From positions 46,151 to 110,150 of the forward strand of contig CAWKLA010000013.1 of assembly GCA_963850245.1 (NCBI GenBank): 64,000 nt of DNA, written 5' to 3'. The position numbers and the translations under genes were made by a program. Under the pieces are notes generated by a model, which saw only the letters and a list, made by a program, of their open reading frames with translations, was not told the DNA's origin and did not search any database. Each line of letters opens with the position of its first letter. Positions within the stretch are counted from its first letter, which is position 1. Shown here piece by piece: positions 9,108 through 18,837 of the stretch. Source of the stretch: an uncultured Alphaproteobacteria bacterium. Its GTDB lineage: Bacteria > Pseudomonadota > Alphaproteobacteria > Rhizobiales > Xanthobacteraceae.

Positions 9108-10253
9108 ATGAGTACCGTCCTGGCTGTTCGCAAGCCGGCTTCCGTTGTCGAAAGACCCATCAGGGTCATGGTCGTCGATGACGCGATCGTCGTGCGCCGG
9201 CTGTTGATGCGGTGGATCGCCGCCGAACCGGATATGACGGTGGCGGCATGTCTGCGGACCGGGCGCGAGGCAGTCGAGCAAATTGAGGAATGCGATCCGG
9301 ACGTCGTCGTTCTCGACATCGACATGCCGGAGCTTGACGGCCTTGCGGCGCTGCCGATCCTGCTCAAAAAGAAGCGCGACCTGATCGTTATCATGGCGTC
9401 GACGTTTACCCGGCGCAGCGCCGAAATCAGCTTCCGGGCATTGTCGCTTGGCGCCGCCGATTACCTGCCGAAGCCCGAACTCACAGCGGCTTCGAGCGCG
9501 TTTCAGCGCGAGTTGATCGACAAGATACGAAGCCTCGGCCGCCGCGGTCATCTGGTGGCTCGCGTGCTGACGCCGGATGCTCCAGAAACGGCGACCCCGA
9601 CGCTGCGCCGGCGCGGCGCAAGGCCGGCTGAAGGTCCTGCTTTCGCGTTGCGGCCCTTTGCGGCGGCTTTGCCGCGCGCTCTGCTGATCGGTTCCTCGAC
9701 CGGGGGACCGCAGGCGCTGGCGACCCTGATCGGGCAGATCAACGCTACGATCGAACGCGCGCCGGTGCTGATTACACAGCACATGCCGGCGACCTTCACC
9801 CCAGTCCTGGTCGAACACCTGACCCGCGCAAGCGGCCGGCGCATCAGCGAAGCCGAGCACGAAGAGCTCGTCGTCGCCGGCAAGGTCTATGTCGCACCCG
9901 GAGGGCACCATATGCGCGTGGTGCGCGGCGATTCCGGTCCCGTCATCGAGCTGGGAGACGATCCGCCGATCAATTTCTGCAAGCCGTCCGTCGATGCGCT
10001 CTTGGCATCGGCGGCGAAAGTCTGGGGCGCGACCGCTCTTGCTCTCGTACTCACCGGTATGGGCAGCGACGGAACGCGCGGCGCGGCCGATATCGCCGCC
10101 GCCGGCGGCAGCGTGATCGCCCAGGACGAAGCCACCAGCGTGGTGTGGGGCATGCCGCGCTCCGTCGCCAATGCCGGCCTGTGTTCGGCGGTTTTGCCGC
10201 TCTCCCAGATCGGACAGGAACTCAATCATCTGTTTCGTGGAGTATGTGCGTGA
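9108..10253 (+). CDS. cheB: Protein-glutamate methylesterase/deamidase CheB
   Basis: ORF 9057..10253. A REC domain ([14 protein letters not shown]...[12 protein letters not shown]) is joined to a CheB methylesterase domain ([12 protein letters not shown]...[10 protein letters not shown]...GMGSDGTRG...[11 protein letters not shown]). Confidence 0.9.
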   Translation: MSTVLAVRKPASVVERPIRVMVVDDAIVVRRLLMRWIAAEPDMTVAACLRTGREAVEQIEECDPDVVVLDIDMPELDGLAALPILLKKKRDLIVIMASTFTRRSAEISFRALSLGAADYLPKPELTAASSAFQRELIDKIRSLGRRGHLVARVLTPDAPETATPTLRRRGARPAEGPAFALRPFAAALPRALLIGSSTGGPQALATLIGQINATIERAPVLITQHMPATFTPVLVEHLTRASGRRISEAEHEELVVAGKVYVAPGGHHMRVVRGDSGPVIELGDDPPINFCKPSVDALLASAAKVWGATALALVLTGMGSDGTRGAADIAAAGGSVIAQDEATSVVWGMPRSVANAGLCSAVLPLSQIGQELNHLFRGVCA

Positions 10254-11137
10254 CGCCTCTCGACTACGATTTCCTGCGCCGGCGGCTCAAGGAGCGCTCC
10301 GGCCTCGTTTTGTCCGGCGACAAGCAATACCTGGTCGAGAGCAGGCTTTTGCCGATCGCCCGCAAGGCCTGCCTCGGCAGCCTCGATGCTCTCGTGGCCG
10401 CGCTCAGGGAGAATGCGGACGACCAGCTTATGACCACGGTCGTCGAGGCGATGACCACCAACGAAACGTTCTTTTTTCGCGACAAGACTCCGTTCGAGAT
10501 TTTCCGTTCCGAGGTTTTGCCAGCGCTTTTGGCGGCGCGCCGGATCACGCGCAGCATCCGGATCTGGTGCGCGGCGGCTTCGACCGGCCAAGAGCCTTAT
10601 TCACTTGCGATGGCGCTCAAAGAGATGGAGGGCGTGGTGAACGCCGGATGGCGGATTGAAATCATCGCGACCGATATTTCGAACGAGGTGCTGGAGAAGG
10701 CGCGCAAGGGCATCTACAGCCAGTTCGAGGTGCAGCGCGGACTGCCGATCCAGCTCCTGATCAAGTATTTCTCCCAGGACGGCGAGATGTGGCAGATCGC
10801 CCCGGAAATTCGCGCCATGGTCAAGTTCCAGCAGTTCAACCTGCTGTCGGATTTCTCCCGGCTCGGCACGTTCGACCTGATCTTTTGCCGGAATGCGCTG
10901 ATCTATTTCGACAAGGAAACCAAGATCGATGTGCTCAACCGCCTCAGCCGCGTGGTCGCCCGCGATGGGCATCTCGCGCTCGGCGCGGCGGAGACCGTGG
11001 TTGGATTGACCGCCGCCTTCAAGACAGTGCCGGATTTGCGCGGCTTCTATGCGCCGAATGAGCGCCCGTCGAGAGCGCAAACGGGCGCTGGCGAGAGGCT
11101 CCAGCCGCGCTTTGCCGTCGTCAACGGCGGACGCTGA
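10244..11137 (+). CDS. cheR: Chemotaxis protein methyltransferase CheR
   Basis: ORF 10145..11137. [17 protein letters not shown]...[10 protein letters not shown]...[19 protein letters not shown]...[14 protein letters not shown] is a CheR sequence. The ATG at 10244 overlaps the cheB stop (ATGTGCGTGA). Confidence 0.9.
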   Translation: MCVTPLDYDFLRRRLKERSGLVLSGDKQYLVESRLLPIARKACLGSLDALVAALRENADDQLMTTVVEAMTTNETFFFRDKTPFEIFRSEVLPALLAARRITRSIRIWCAAASTGQEPYSLAMALKEMEGVVNAGWRIEIIATDISNEVLEKARKGIYSQFEVQRGLPIQLLIKYFSQDGEMWQIAPEIRAMVKFQQFNLLSDFSRLGTFDLIFCRNALIYFDKETKIDVLNRLSRVVARDGHLALGAAETVVGLTAAFKTVPDLRGFYAPNERPSRAQTGAGERLQPRFAVVNGGR

Positions 11138-11164
11138 GCCGCGCAGGAAGCTGAGTGGTACAAG

Positions 11165-11200
11165 AAAAAAGCCCCGGCCGATGGCCGGGGCTTTTTGTTT
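11165..11200. terminator. Bidirectional rho-independent terminator between convergent cheR and ctrA
   Basis: AAAAAA-GCCCCGGCC-gat-GGCCGGGGC-TTTTTGTTTT. This is a perfect 9-bp GC stem flanked by an A-run and a T-run, lying between the cheR stop (11137) and the ctrA stop (11218). Confidence 0.75.
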
Positions 11201-11217
11201 TCAAAAACCGTGACGCT

Positions 11218-11919
11218 TCAGGCGGAGATTTTCGCCTCGTCCTCGCTCGGCTCGCGCAACACGTAGCCGCGGCCCCACACCGTCTCGATGTAGTTCTTGC
11301 CGCTTGAGGCGTTGGCGAGCTTCTTGCGCAGCTTGCAGATGAAGACGTCGATGATCTTCAGCTCGGGCTCGTCCATGCCGCCATAGAGATGATTGAGGAA
11401 CATCTCCTTGGTCAGCGTGGTGCCCTTGCGCAGCGAAAGCAGCTCCAGCATCTGATATTCCTTGCCGGTCAGATGCACGCGGGCGGCGTTGACCTCGACG
11501 GTCTTGGTGTCGAGATTGACCACGAGATCGCCGGTCTGGATGACCGACTGGGCGTGGCCCTTGGACCGCCGCACGATGGCGTGGATGCGCGCCACCAGCT
11601 CGTCCTTGTGGAACGGCTTGGTCATGTAGTCGTCGGCGCCGAAGCCGAGACCTCTGACCTTATCCTCGATCCCGGCCAGTCCGGTCAGGATCAGGATCGG
11701 CGTCTTGACCTTCGACACACGCAGGCTCCGCAAAACCTCGAAGCCCGACATGTCCGGAAGATTAAGGTCGAGAAGGATGATGTCGTAATCATAGATCTTT
11801 CCGAGATCTATCCCTTCCTCGCCGAGGTCGGTCGTATAAACGTTGAAGCTCTCGGATTTGAGCATCAACTCAATCGATTGCGCCGTGGCGCTATCGTCTT
11901 CAATCAGCAAAACGCGCAT
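11218..11919 (-). CDS. ctrA: Cell-cycle master response regulator CtrA
   Basis: ORF 11218..11949. [67 protein letters not shown]...GRGYVLREP is near-canonical CtrA (OmpR-type REC plus winged helix). Confidence 0.93.
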   Translation of the reverse strand: MRVLLIEDDSATAQSIELMLKSESFNVYTTDLGEEGIDLGKIYDYDIILLDLNLPDMSGFEVLRSLRVSKVKTPILILTGLAGIEDKVRGLGFGADDYMTKPFHKDELVARIHAIVRRSKGHAQSVIQTGDLVVNLDTKTVEVNAARVHLTGKEYQMLELLSLRKGTTLTKEMFLNHLYGGMDEPELKIIDVFICKLRKKLANASSGKNYIETVWGRGYVLREPSEDEAKISA

Positions 11920-12301
11920 GCCAGTCCCCTTCCTCGCCGCGCGGGGCATAAGGTCGGCAACGCCGTGACGGCGGCCCCCGAAAAACGCCTTGGGACAAAC
12001 TGATTCGAGACTGTAAACGCGCTATGGTTAACAAAACCTGATTCCCACTTGCAAGCATGTCCTAGGCGAATTTCAGCGAATCGCCTTAAGATACTGCAAG
12101 AAAGAGATTTTCGAGCCACTTTACCGCTCACAGGTCAGGTTAAGTTTCGGCGCTAACCGACTCCAGCGACTCACCCTTCCAATCGGGCTTGGCGAACCGC
12201 TGTATCCCCAAGGACGAAGCAATGATTAACGGCCCGGGTAAATACACCGTTAAGACGCGGAACTTAGTAGTAACCATCTGCAGCCTCCGGGCAGGTGCGC
12301 C

Positions 12302-13624
12302 GTGAAGGCGCTGGCCGAACAGATCAACGAATTGGACGGCATCGAGATCTACGGCCGCGTCGTTGGCGTGCGCGGGCTGATGGTGGAAGTCGCAGGACCG
12401 CTGCATGCCATGTCGGTCGGTGCGCGGGTGATCATCGAGACGCCCGGCAAGAATATTCCGAGTGAAGTGGTCGGATTCTCCGGGCCGTTTGCGCTCCTGA
12501 TGCCGTTCGCTCCGCTCGAAGGCGTGCGGCGCGGATGCCGCGCGCTTGTTTCCGCGGTTCCCGGCGCGGTGCGGCCATCTGCAGGTTGGCTGGGCCGGGT
12601 AGTCAACGCGCTGGGCGAGCCGATCGACGGCAAGGGAGCGCTGCTGTACGGGCCGTCTCCTTACGCGTTCCGCAATACGCCGCCGCTAGCCCACGCCCGC
12701 CGCCGCGTCGGGGCGCCGCTCGATCTCGGCGTGCGGGCGCTCAATACCTTCATCACCTGCTGTCGCGGCCAGCGCATGGGGATTTTCTCCGGTTCCGGCG
12801 TCGGCAAATCGGTGCTGTTGTCCATGCTGGCGCGCAACGTCGCCGCCGATGTCACCGTGATCGGCCTGATCGGCGAACGCGGCCGCGAAGTGCAGGAGTT
12901 TCTTCAGGACGACCTCGGCGAGGCCGGTCTGGCCCGCTCCGTGGTCGTCGTTTCAACGTCCGACGAGCCGGCGCTGATGCGCCGCCAGGCCGCTCACGAA
13001 ACGCTTGCCATCGCCGAATACTTTCGCGACGAGGGCAAGGATGTCCTGGTGCTGATGGATTCGGTCACCCGCTTCGCCATGGCGCAGCGCGAGATCGGGC
13101 TTTCGGCCGGCGAGCCGCCGACGGCGAAGGGATATACGCCGACGGTTTTCACCGAGCTGCCGCGGCTTCTGGAACGCGCCGGACCGGGCACCGAACAGGG
13201 CACGATCACCGGCATCTTCACCGTCCTCGTGGACGGCGACGACCATAATGAGCCGATCGCCGACGCCGTGCGCGGCATCTTGGACGGCCATATCGTCATG
13301 GAGCGCGCGATCGCCGAGCGCGGCCGCTATCCGGCAATCAATGTCCTCAAGTCGATATCGCGGACCATGCCGCGGGCGGCCGATCCGGAGTATCTGCAAG
13401 TGCTCAATCGGGCCAAGCAGGTCATGGCGACATATGCGGATATGGAAGAACTCATCCGGCTCGGCGCCTACCGGGCCGGAACCAGCCCTGAAGTCGACGA
13501 GGCCATCCGGCTGCACAAGCCGCTCGAGGCTTTTCTTGCCCAAAGTAAGGAAGAAGCAACCAGGTTGGCGGATGGTTATCAACGGCTGGCCCAGATCATG
13601 TCGATTTCGGAAACCGAACGCTAA
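12302..13624 (+). CDS. fliI: Flagellum-specific ATPase FliI
   Basis: ORF track (GTG start). It has Walker A ([14 protein letters not shown]) and Walker B ([18 protein letters not shown]) motifs. The end ([14 protein letters not shown]) is FliI/YscN-type. Confidence 0.92.
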   Translation: MKALAEQINELDGIEIYGRVVGVRGLMVEVAGPLHAMSVGARVIIETPGKNIPSEVVGFSGPFALLMPFAPLEGVRRGCRALVSAVPGAVRPSAGWLGRVVNALGEPIDGKGALLYGPSPYAFRNTPPLAHARRRVGAPLDLGVRALNTFITCCRGQRMGIFSGSGVGKSVLLSMLARNVAADVTVIGLIGERGREVQEFLQDDLGEAGLARSVVVVSTSDEPALMRRQAAHETLAIAEYFRDEGKDVLVLMDSVTRFAMAQREIGLSAGEPPTAKGYTPTVFTELPRLLERAGPGTEQGTITGIFTVLVDGDDHNEPIADAVRGILDGHIVMERAIAERGRYPAINVLKSISRTMPRAADPEYLQVLNRAKQVMATYADMEELIRLGAYRAGTSPEVDEAIRLHKPLEAFLAQSKEEATRLADGYQRLAQIMSISETER

Positions 13625-13713
13625 CGTTATCGGGGCATAATCGGTGATCGCGGCGCCCTGCGGCGGACGTCTACCCGGCGCCGTCGTCCAGCGCCTTCGG
13701 GGAGTAACAGTAG

Positions 13714-14133
13714 ATGAAGTCGCGTGAGACGCTCATTCGCCTGAAGAAGTTTCAGGTTGACGAGAAGCGGCGCAAGGTCGCGCAAATCGAGACCATGATC
13801 GCCGAATTCGAACGCATGGCGGGGGACCTGGAGCGCGAAATCCGGGTCGAGCAGGATCGCGCAGGCATTCACGACCCCGGACATTTTGCTTATCCGACCT
13901 ACGCCAAGGCGGCGATCACCCGCCGGGAGAACCTCAAGCGCTCGGCCGACGAACTGCGGACCCAGCTCGAGGACGCCAAAATGGCGCTTGGCGATGCATT
14001 CGATGAGCTCAAGAAGGTCGAACTGCTCGACGAGCGCGACCAGATGCGCGAGCGCGAGGCCGAAAACGCCCTGGAGCAGTCCGAACTCGACTCCATCGCG
14101 CTGATGCGCCTGCGCGGCGCCGCGCCGGCCTGA
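13714..14133 (+). CDS. fliJ: Flagellar export protein FliJ (alphaproteobacterial type)
   Basis: ORF track. It is a 139-aa all-helical charged protein (MKSRETLIRLKKFQVDEKRRKVAQIETMIAEFERM...) directly downstream of fliI. The call rests on position and composition. Confidence 0.65.
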   Translation: MKSRETLIRLKKFQVDEKRRKVAQIETMIAEFERMAGDLEREIRVEQDRAGIHDPGHFAYPTYAKAAITRRENLKRSADELRTQLEDAKMALGDAFDELKKVELLDERDQMREREAENALEQSELDSIALMRLRGAAPA

Positions 14134-14344
14134 CCCTCCGCTCCCAGGCGGAAAGCCGGGGAAGCCGGCTCGTGAGCAAATTTTGTTCGGATTACCGCCT
14201 TTTGTAGGGGGTGGGGCCGGCCATATGAGCCGCCGCGTCCTCCAAACCGCTTAATCGCCCTCGACGAGCGCCCGATTCCCCGGCGATAATCAGAAAGATA
14301 GCCGCGTGAGGGTCCCGACGGGATTGCCAGGGCCGGGGGCAGTG

Positions 14345-14890
14345 ATGCTGACGCAAGCGGAATTGGTCGAACTGCTCGCGGGTGTCGCCAAGGGCGACGC
14401 TGCCGCATTCGAGCAGCTCTATGAGGCCACCCGCGCGAAACTCTACGGGGTGCTCCTTCGTATCTTGAGGAAGCCTGAATTGGCGGAAGACGTCATGCAG
14501 GAGACTTACCTCAAGGTCTGGAAGATGAGCGGCAAGTTCGATCCGAAGCTGGCAAGTCCCATTACCTGGATGGTGGCGATCGCGCGCAACCGGGCCATCG
14601 ATATCGTGCGCAAGAAAGGCGAAGTCTCGATAGAGGATGAGCCCGAGGCGATGGAGGTTGCGTCCGACACGCCGGCACCGCTGGCGCGCCGCGAAATGAC
14701 CGACGAGCTCAAGCGCCTCCTGGCGTGCCTCGGCAAGCTCGATCCGGAAAAGCAACGCATCGTGCTTCTGGCCTATTACAGCGGCTGGAGCAGGGATCAA
14801 CTTTCAAAGAAACTCGACATCCCCGTCAACACAATCAAGACCTGGTTGCGCCGCAGCCTGCTCGAGATCCGTGGCTGTATGGGGGCGTAG
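14345..14890 (+). CDS. ECF-type RNA polymerase sigma-70 family factor
   Basis: ORF 14306..14890. It has region 2 (ELAEDVMQETYLKVWKMSGKFD...WMVAIARNRAIDIVR) and region 4 (VLLAYYSGWSRDQLSKKLDIPVNTIKTWLRRSL). Confidence 0.85.
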   Translation: MLTQAELVELLAGVAKGDAAAFEQLYEATRAKLYGVLLRILRKPELAEDVMQETYLKVWKMSGKFDPKLASPITWMVAIARNRAIDIVRKKGEVSIEDEPEAMEVASDTPAPLARREMTDELKRLLACLGKLDPEKQRIVLLAYYSGWSRDQLSKKLDIPVNTIKTWLRRSLLEIRGCMGA

Positions 14891-14911
14891 CTTGGAGGAG
14901 CCTTGGTAGCC

Positions 14912-15922
14912 ATGCTTGACGAAGACCAGGACACGCTTGCCGCCGAATACGTGCTCGGCACGCTTTCGGCTGAAGAGCGCGAACACGCCGAGGCATTGCT
15001 GACCTTCGACTCAACTTTTGAGGCGGCGGTGCGGCAGTGGGAACGGCGCTTGGGCGAACTCAACGTCATGGTCGAGGCAGTCGAGCCGCCGGCTGAACTC
15101 TGGGATCGGATCAAGCACGACGTCACACCGGTCGGGGCGGCCGTCGCAACCGATGCCGCCGAAGTCACGCACGATCTGGAAGAACCCGCGGCTGCGTCCG
15201 ACCACCTTCCGCTCCTGGAGGAGCACGAGCCGGGCCATGAGCATGACCATGAGCCGGCGCATGAGTCGGAACACGCGGAAGAAACACACGCGGTGCCGCA
15301 CGAAGAGGCGCCGATAGTCGTCGAGCCTGCTGATGTGCAACAGGTCGACCACAGCGCCGACGTCATTCGTCTCGGCAAACGCGCCCGCCGCTGGCGCGGC
15401 CTGACGCTGGCGATTGGCGCGATCGCGGCCTTGCTGGCGCTTTATGTCGCCGCCTGGCACGCTGCGCCTGATCTTATTCCGGCCCGGCTGCGGCCGGGCG
15501 GAGCGGGGATGATCGCACGCACCGACGGTTCGACGCGCTCGCAGCAGGACCGGCTGGTCGTGGTGCTTCAGCAGCAGCCGACGGCGCCGGCCTTTCTCGT
15601 CACGCTCGATACCCAGCAGCGGACGCTGTATGTCCGCCGGGTGTCGGCTACTGCCGAGGCGGGAAAAAGCTATGAACTATGGCTGATCTCAAAGAGCCTC
15701 GGCGCACCGCGTTCGCTAGGTGTGGTCGGCGGCGATGAATTCACGCAGCGGCCGCTTCCCGGAAGTTTCGACGTCGATACGCTCCGCACCGCAGGCTTCG
15801 CGGTTTCGCTCGAACCAGCGGGCGGCTCGAAAACCGGCGCGCCCACCGGTCCGATCCTGTTCACCGGCAAGGCGGTCGAATCGCTCCCGGCCTCGCAGCC
15901 GTCCAAGCCAGCGAGAACCTGA
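14912..15922 (+). CDS. Anti-sigma factor, RskA (anti-sigma-K) type, with a His/Glu/Asp-rich insert
   Basis: ORF 14903..15922. It has an N-terminal zinc-less anti-sigma motif (LAAEYVLGTLSAEERE), one TM helix (LTLAIGAIAALLALYVAAW) and a C-terminal RskA domain (YELWLIS...GFAVSLEPAGGSKTGAPTGPILFTG). The ATG at 14912 lies 11 nt after GGAGGAG. Confidence 0.75.
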   Translation: MLDEDQDTLAAEYVLGTLSAEEREHAEALLTFDSTFEAAVRQWERRLGELNVMVEAVEPPAELWDRIKHDVTPVGAAVATDAAEVTHDLEEPAAASDHLPLLEEHEPGHEHDHEPAHESEHAEETHAVPHEEAPIVVEPADVQQVDHSADVIRLGKRARRWRGLTLAIGAIAALLALYVAAWHAAPDLIPARLRPGGAGMIARTDGSTRSQQDRLVVVLQQQPTAPAFLVTLDTQQRTLYVRRVSATAEAGKSYELWLISKSLGAPRSLGVVGGDEFTQRPLPGSFDVDTLRTAGFAVSLEPAGGSKTGAPTGPILFTGKAVESLPASQPSKPART

Positions 15923-15941
15923 TTGGCGCGCGGATTGTTCG

Positions 15942-16133
15942 TTAATGGATGACGGGAAGCTTGCCGCTCACGGCGGTGAGCTGACTGGCTTTGACGAGCG
16001 GCGCGGTACCGAGATCCACGTAGCCGAAACGGGCGAAGATGCCGACAGCCGCTACGATCGTCGCGCACAACAAGCCGATGATGACGATCTTCAAGTGCGT
16101 GCGGCGGTCCGCACTATACATCGAGTGATTCAC
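15942..16133 (-). CDS. Small single-pass membrane protein, unknown function
   Basis: ORF track. The 63-aa product has one TM helix ([21 protein letters not shown]). No recognisable family. Confidence 0.4.
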   Translation of the reverse strand: MNHSMYSADRRTHLKIVIIGLLCATIVAAVGIFARFGYVDLGTAPLVKASQLTAVSGKLPVIH

Positions 16134-16380
16134 CAGGCCCTCCCGGTTTTCGCCGGCTGTTCCGACTTGCGGGGCGACATGAACTCGTTTGAATGGATAA
16201 GTACGTGACGGCGGTCACTTCGCAAACGCGGCTCACCAAACCTTGAACGGCCCGTGACGGTGTTGAAAGCGCGCGCCTTTGTTCTTTGCGAAAGATTCGG
16301 CCCGCCGGGTGAAGCGGTGCTTCGCGCCTGTGATGTCGCCGTGCGGATCGTCAAGCTGCTTGTCCTAAATTGCTCGTGTC

Positions 16381-18497
16381 CTAAATGCTCGCGACTGTCT
16401 TTAGCCGCACCCGCGGGTGAATCTCGGTCTGCGCCAGCACGCTCGTCTGAGCGCGGAAACGTTCGACGATGCTGCGCACGAACGGCCTGATGCCGGGCGA
16501 AGTCACCAGCACCGGCGCTTCGCCGTCGCGCGCAGCCTGTTCGAATTTTTCGCGGACCTGATTGATGAAATCCGTCAGCTTGGACGGCTGCATGGCGAGG
16601 TTGCGCTCGTCGCCCTGGCCGACGATGGATTCGGCGAATGCCTGCTCCCATCTTGCCGTCAACGCGATGATCGGCAGGTAGCCGGCCGGGCTGGTGTGCT
16701 GGGCGCAAAGCTGGCGCGACAGCCGCGCGCGGACGTGCTCGGCCAGGAGCGACGGATTGCGAGTGCCCGCCAATCCATCGGCGATGCCTTCCAGGATGGT
16801 CGCGAGGTCGCGGATCGAGACGCGCTCGGCGAGGAGAATCTGCAATACGCGCTGGATGCCGGAAATCGTGATGTGTGCGGGTACGATGTCCTTCATCAGT
16901 TCGCTCTGTTCTTTCGGCAGCTCCTTGATCAGTTTCTGCACCTCGCCATAGGAGAGCAGCTCTGACATATTGGCCTTGATCAACTCGGTGAGATGAGTGG
17001 CGAGCACGGTCGCCGAGTCGACGACGGTGTAGCCCCGCACCGAGGCTTCTTCCTTGAGCGAAGCATCGACCCACGTCGCCGGCAGCCCGAAAGTCGGCTC
17101 GGTCGTGTGGACGCCGGGCAGCGCCACCTGCTTGCCGGCCGGATCCATGACCATGTACTGGCCTTGCCAGACCTTTCCGGCGCCGCACTCGACCTCTTTG
17201 AGCTTGATCACGTAGCTGTTGGCGTCGAGCTGCACGTTGTCGAGGATGCGCACCGCCGGCATGACGAAGCCCATTTCGGACGCGAGCGAGCGGCGCAGCG
17301 CCTTGATCTGCTCGGTGAGGCGATCGCCGCCGTCGGTGGCATTGACCAGCGGCAGCAGCGCGTAGCCGAGCTCGATCTTGAGATCGTCTATTTTGAGCGT
17401 CGCCGAGATCGGCTCTTCCGCCGGCGGCGCTTTCGCCGCGTCGGTTTTGGTCGTCTCGGTGACCAGCGCCTGCTTGTGACGGCGTTCGATGACGTAGGCG
17501 AGGGCGGCGGTGCCGCCGCCCAGCGCCAGGAACGGCAGCATCGGGAATGCCGGGCAGCAGCGCCATGACCAGCATGACCGCGGCAGACATTCCGAGCGCC
17601 TTCGGATACCCCGAAAATTGACTGAGCAACGCCTTGTCGGCGGCGCCGGAGACGCCGGCCTTCGAGACCAGCAGGCCCGCGGCGATCGAGACGATCAGCG
17701 CCGGGATCTGCGTAACGAGGCCGTCGCCGACCGACAGCAGCGTGTAGGCGTGGGCTGCTTCGGAGAAGCTCAGTCCCTGCTGCATGATGCCGATGACCAT
17801 GCCGCCGATCACATTGATCAGAACCACCAGCAGGCCGGCAATGGCGTCGCCGCGGACGAATTTGGAGGCGCCGTCCATCGCGCCGAAGAAGCCGGATTCG
17901 TCCTCCAGCGTCTTCCGCCGCCGCCGCGCGTCCTTGTCGTCGATCAGGCCGGCGGAAAGGTCGGCGTCGATCGCCATCTGCTTTCCGGGCATCGAGTTCG
18001 AGGTGAAAGCGTGCGGCCACCTCGGCGATGCGGCCCGAGCCCTTCGTGATAACGACGAAATTCACGATCACCAGAATGGTGAAGACGATGATGCCGATGA
18101 CGAAGTTGCCGCTCATGACGAATTGGCCGAACGCCTCGATGACGTGGCCGGCAGCGTCGGGACCCTCGTGCCCGCGCGACAGGATCAGCCGCGTCGAGGC
18201 GAGGTTGAGGGAGAGCCGCAACATGGTGGCGATCAGCAGCACGGTCGGGAACGCGGAGAATTCGAGCGGCGCCTGGATGAACAGCGACGTCATCAGGATC
18301 AGCACCGAGAACGTGATCGAGATGGCGAGCGCGAAATCGAGCAGCAGTGACGGCAGCGGCAGGATGAGCACGACGAGGATGGCCATCATGCCGACGGCAA
18401 GGCCGATGTCGCTGCGCCGCAGCAGAGAGCCGAGGTCGGAAAGTCGAGTTAGCGTCAACGATCGATCGCCGCCCTCGGCCGAAGTTGTGTCGGTCAT
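16381..18497 (-). pseudogene. flhA: Flagellar export gate protein FlhA, split over three reading frames
   Basis: The N-terminal part (MTDTTS...[33 protein letters not shown]) is in ORF 17388..18605. The middle part ([27 protein letters not shown]...FVRGDAIAG...ALLPGIP) is in ORF 16130..17992. The C-terminal cytoplasmic domain ([10 protein letters not shown]...[19 protein letters not shown]...) is in ORF 16381..17541. Each segment is clean FlhA sequence. Confidence 0.9.
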
Positions 18498-18837
18498 GCC
18501 GGTTGTTTGCGCCCGTTGGCTGCGGTCACGCGTTCCAAAGCTGTGCGCGGCGGGGATCGTGCCGCCGGCACGCAAGGAAGGAAATGGAGCCGCGCTCGCG
18601 TCCAAGATTGCCCCGCAGGTGCGGTGGAAACGGACTTACCCCCCGGCAAAATGTGCCGGGTTTATGGTTACCGGGGAGTTAATTTTTCGGTCCAGCGGGG
18701 AGGAATTCCGGGGTCGCCTTACCCCGGGCCGGGGCCGGAAACGGCCGCTTTTCTGGCGTAGCCGGGGGCGGGGCCGTGATAGCGTAACATCACACATTGA
18801 TCATATGTTGCGGCGGTTATTCGGACGGAGTCGCGGC

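Noticed and set aside
16130-17992. A 620-aa ORF that could be taken for a separate large gene.
   Set aside because: Only its first ~150 aa ([12 protein letters not shown]...ALLPGIP) are genuine. They form the middle segment of flhA. The remainder is out-of-frame read-through of the flhA C-terminal domain and of downstream sequence.
18600-18837. An RcnR/DmeR-type operator (C/G-tract inverted repeats such as TTACCCCCCGG ... TTACCGGGGAG, and the palindrome CCGGCA-AAATG-TGCCGG) upstream of dmeF.
   Set aside because: No dmeR/rcnR-like gene is adjacent, and the C- and G-tracts do not form the symmetric TACT-G6-N-AGTA-type site. The region is also the flhA promoter, so assignment is ambiguous.
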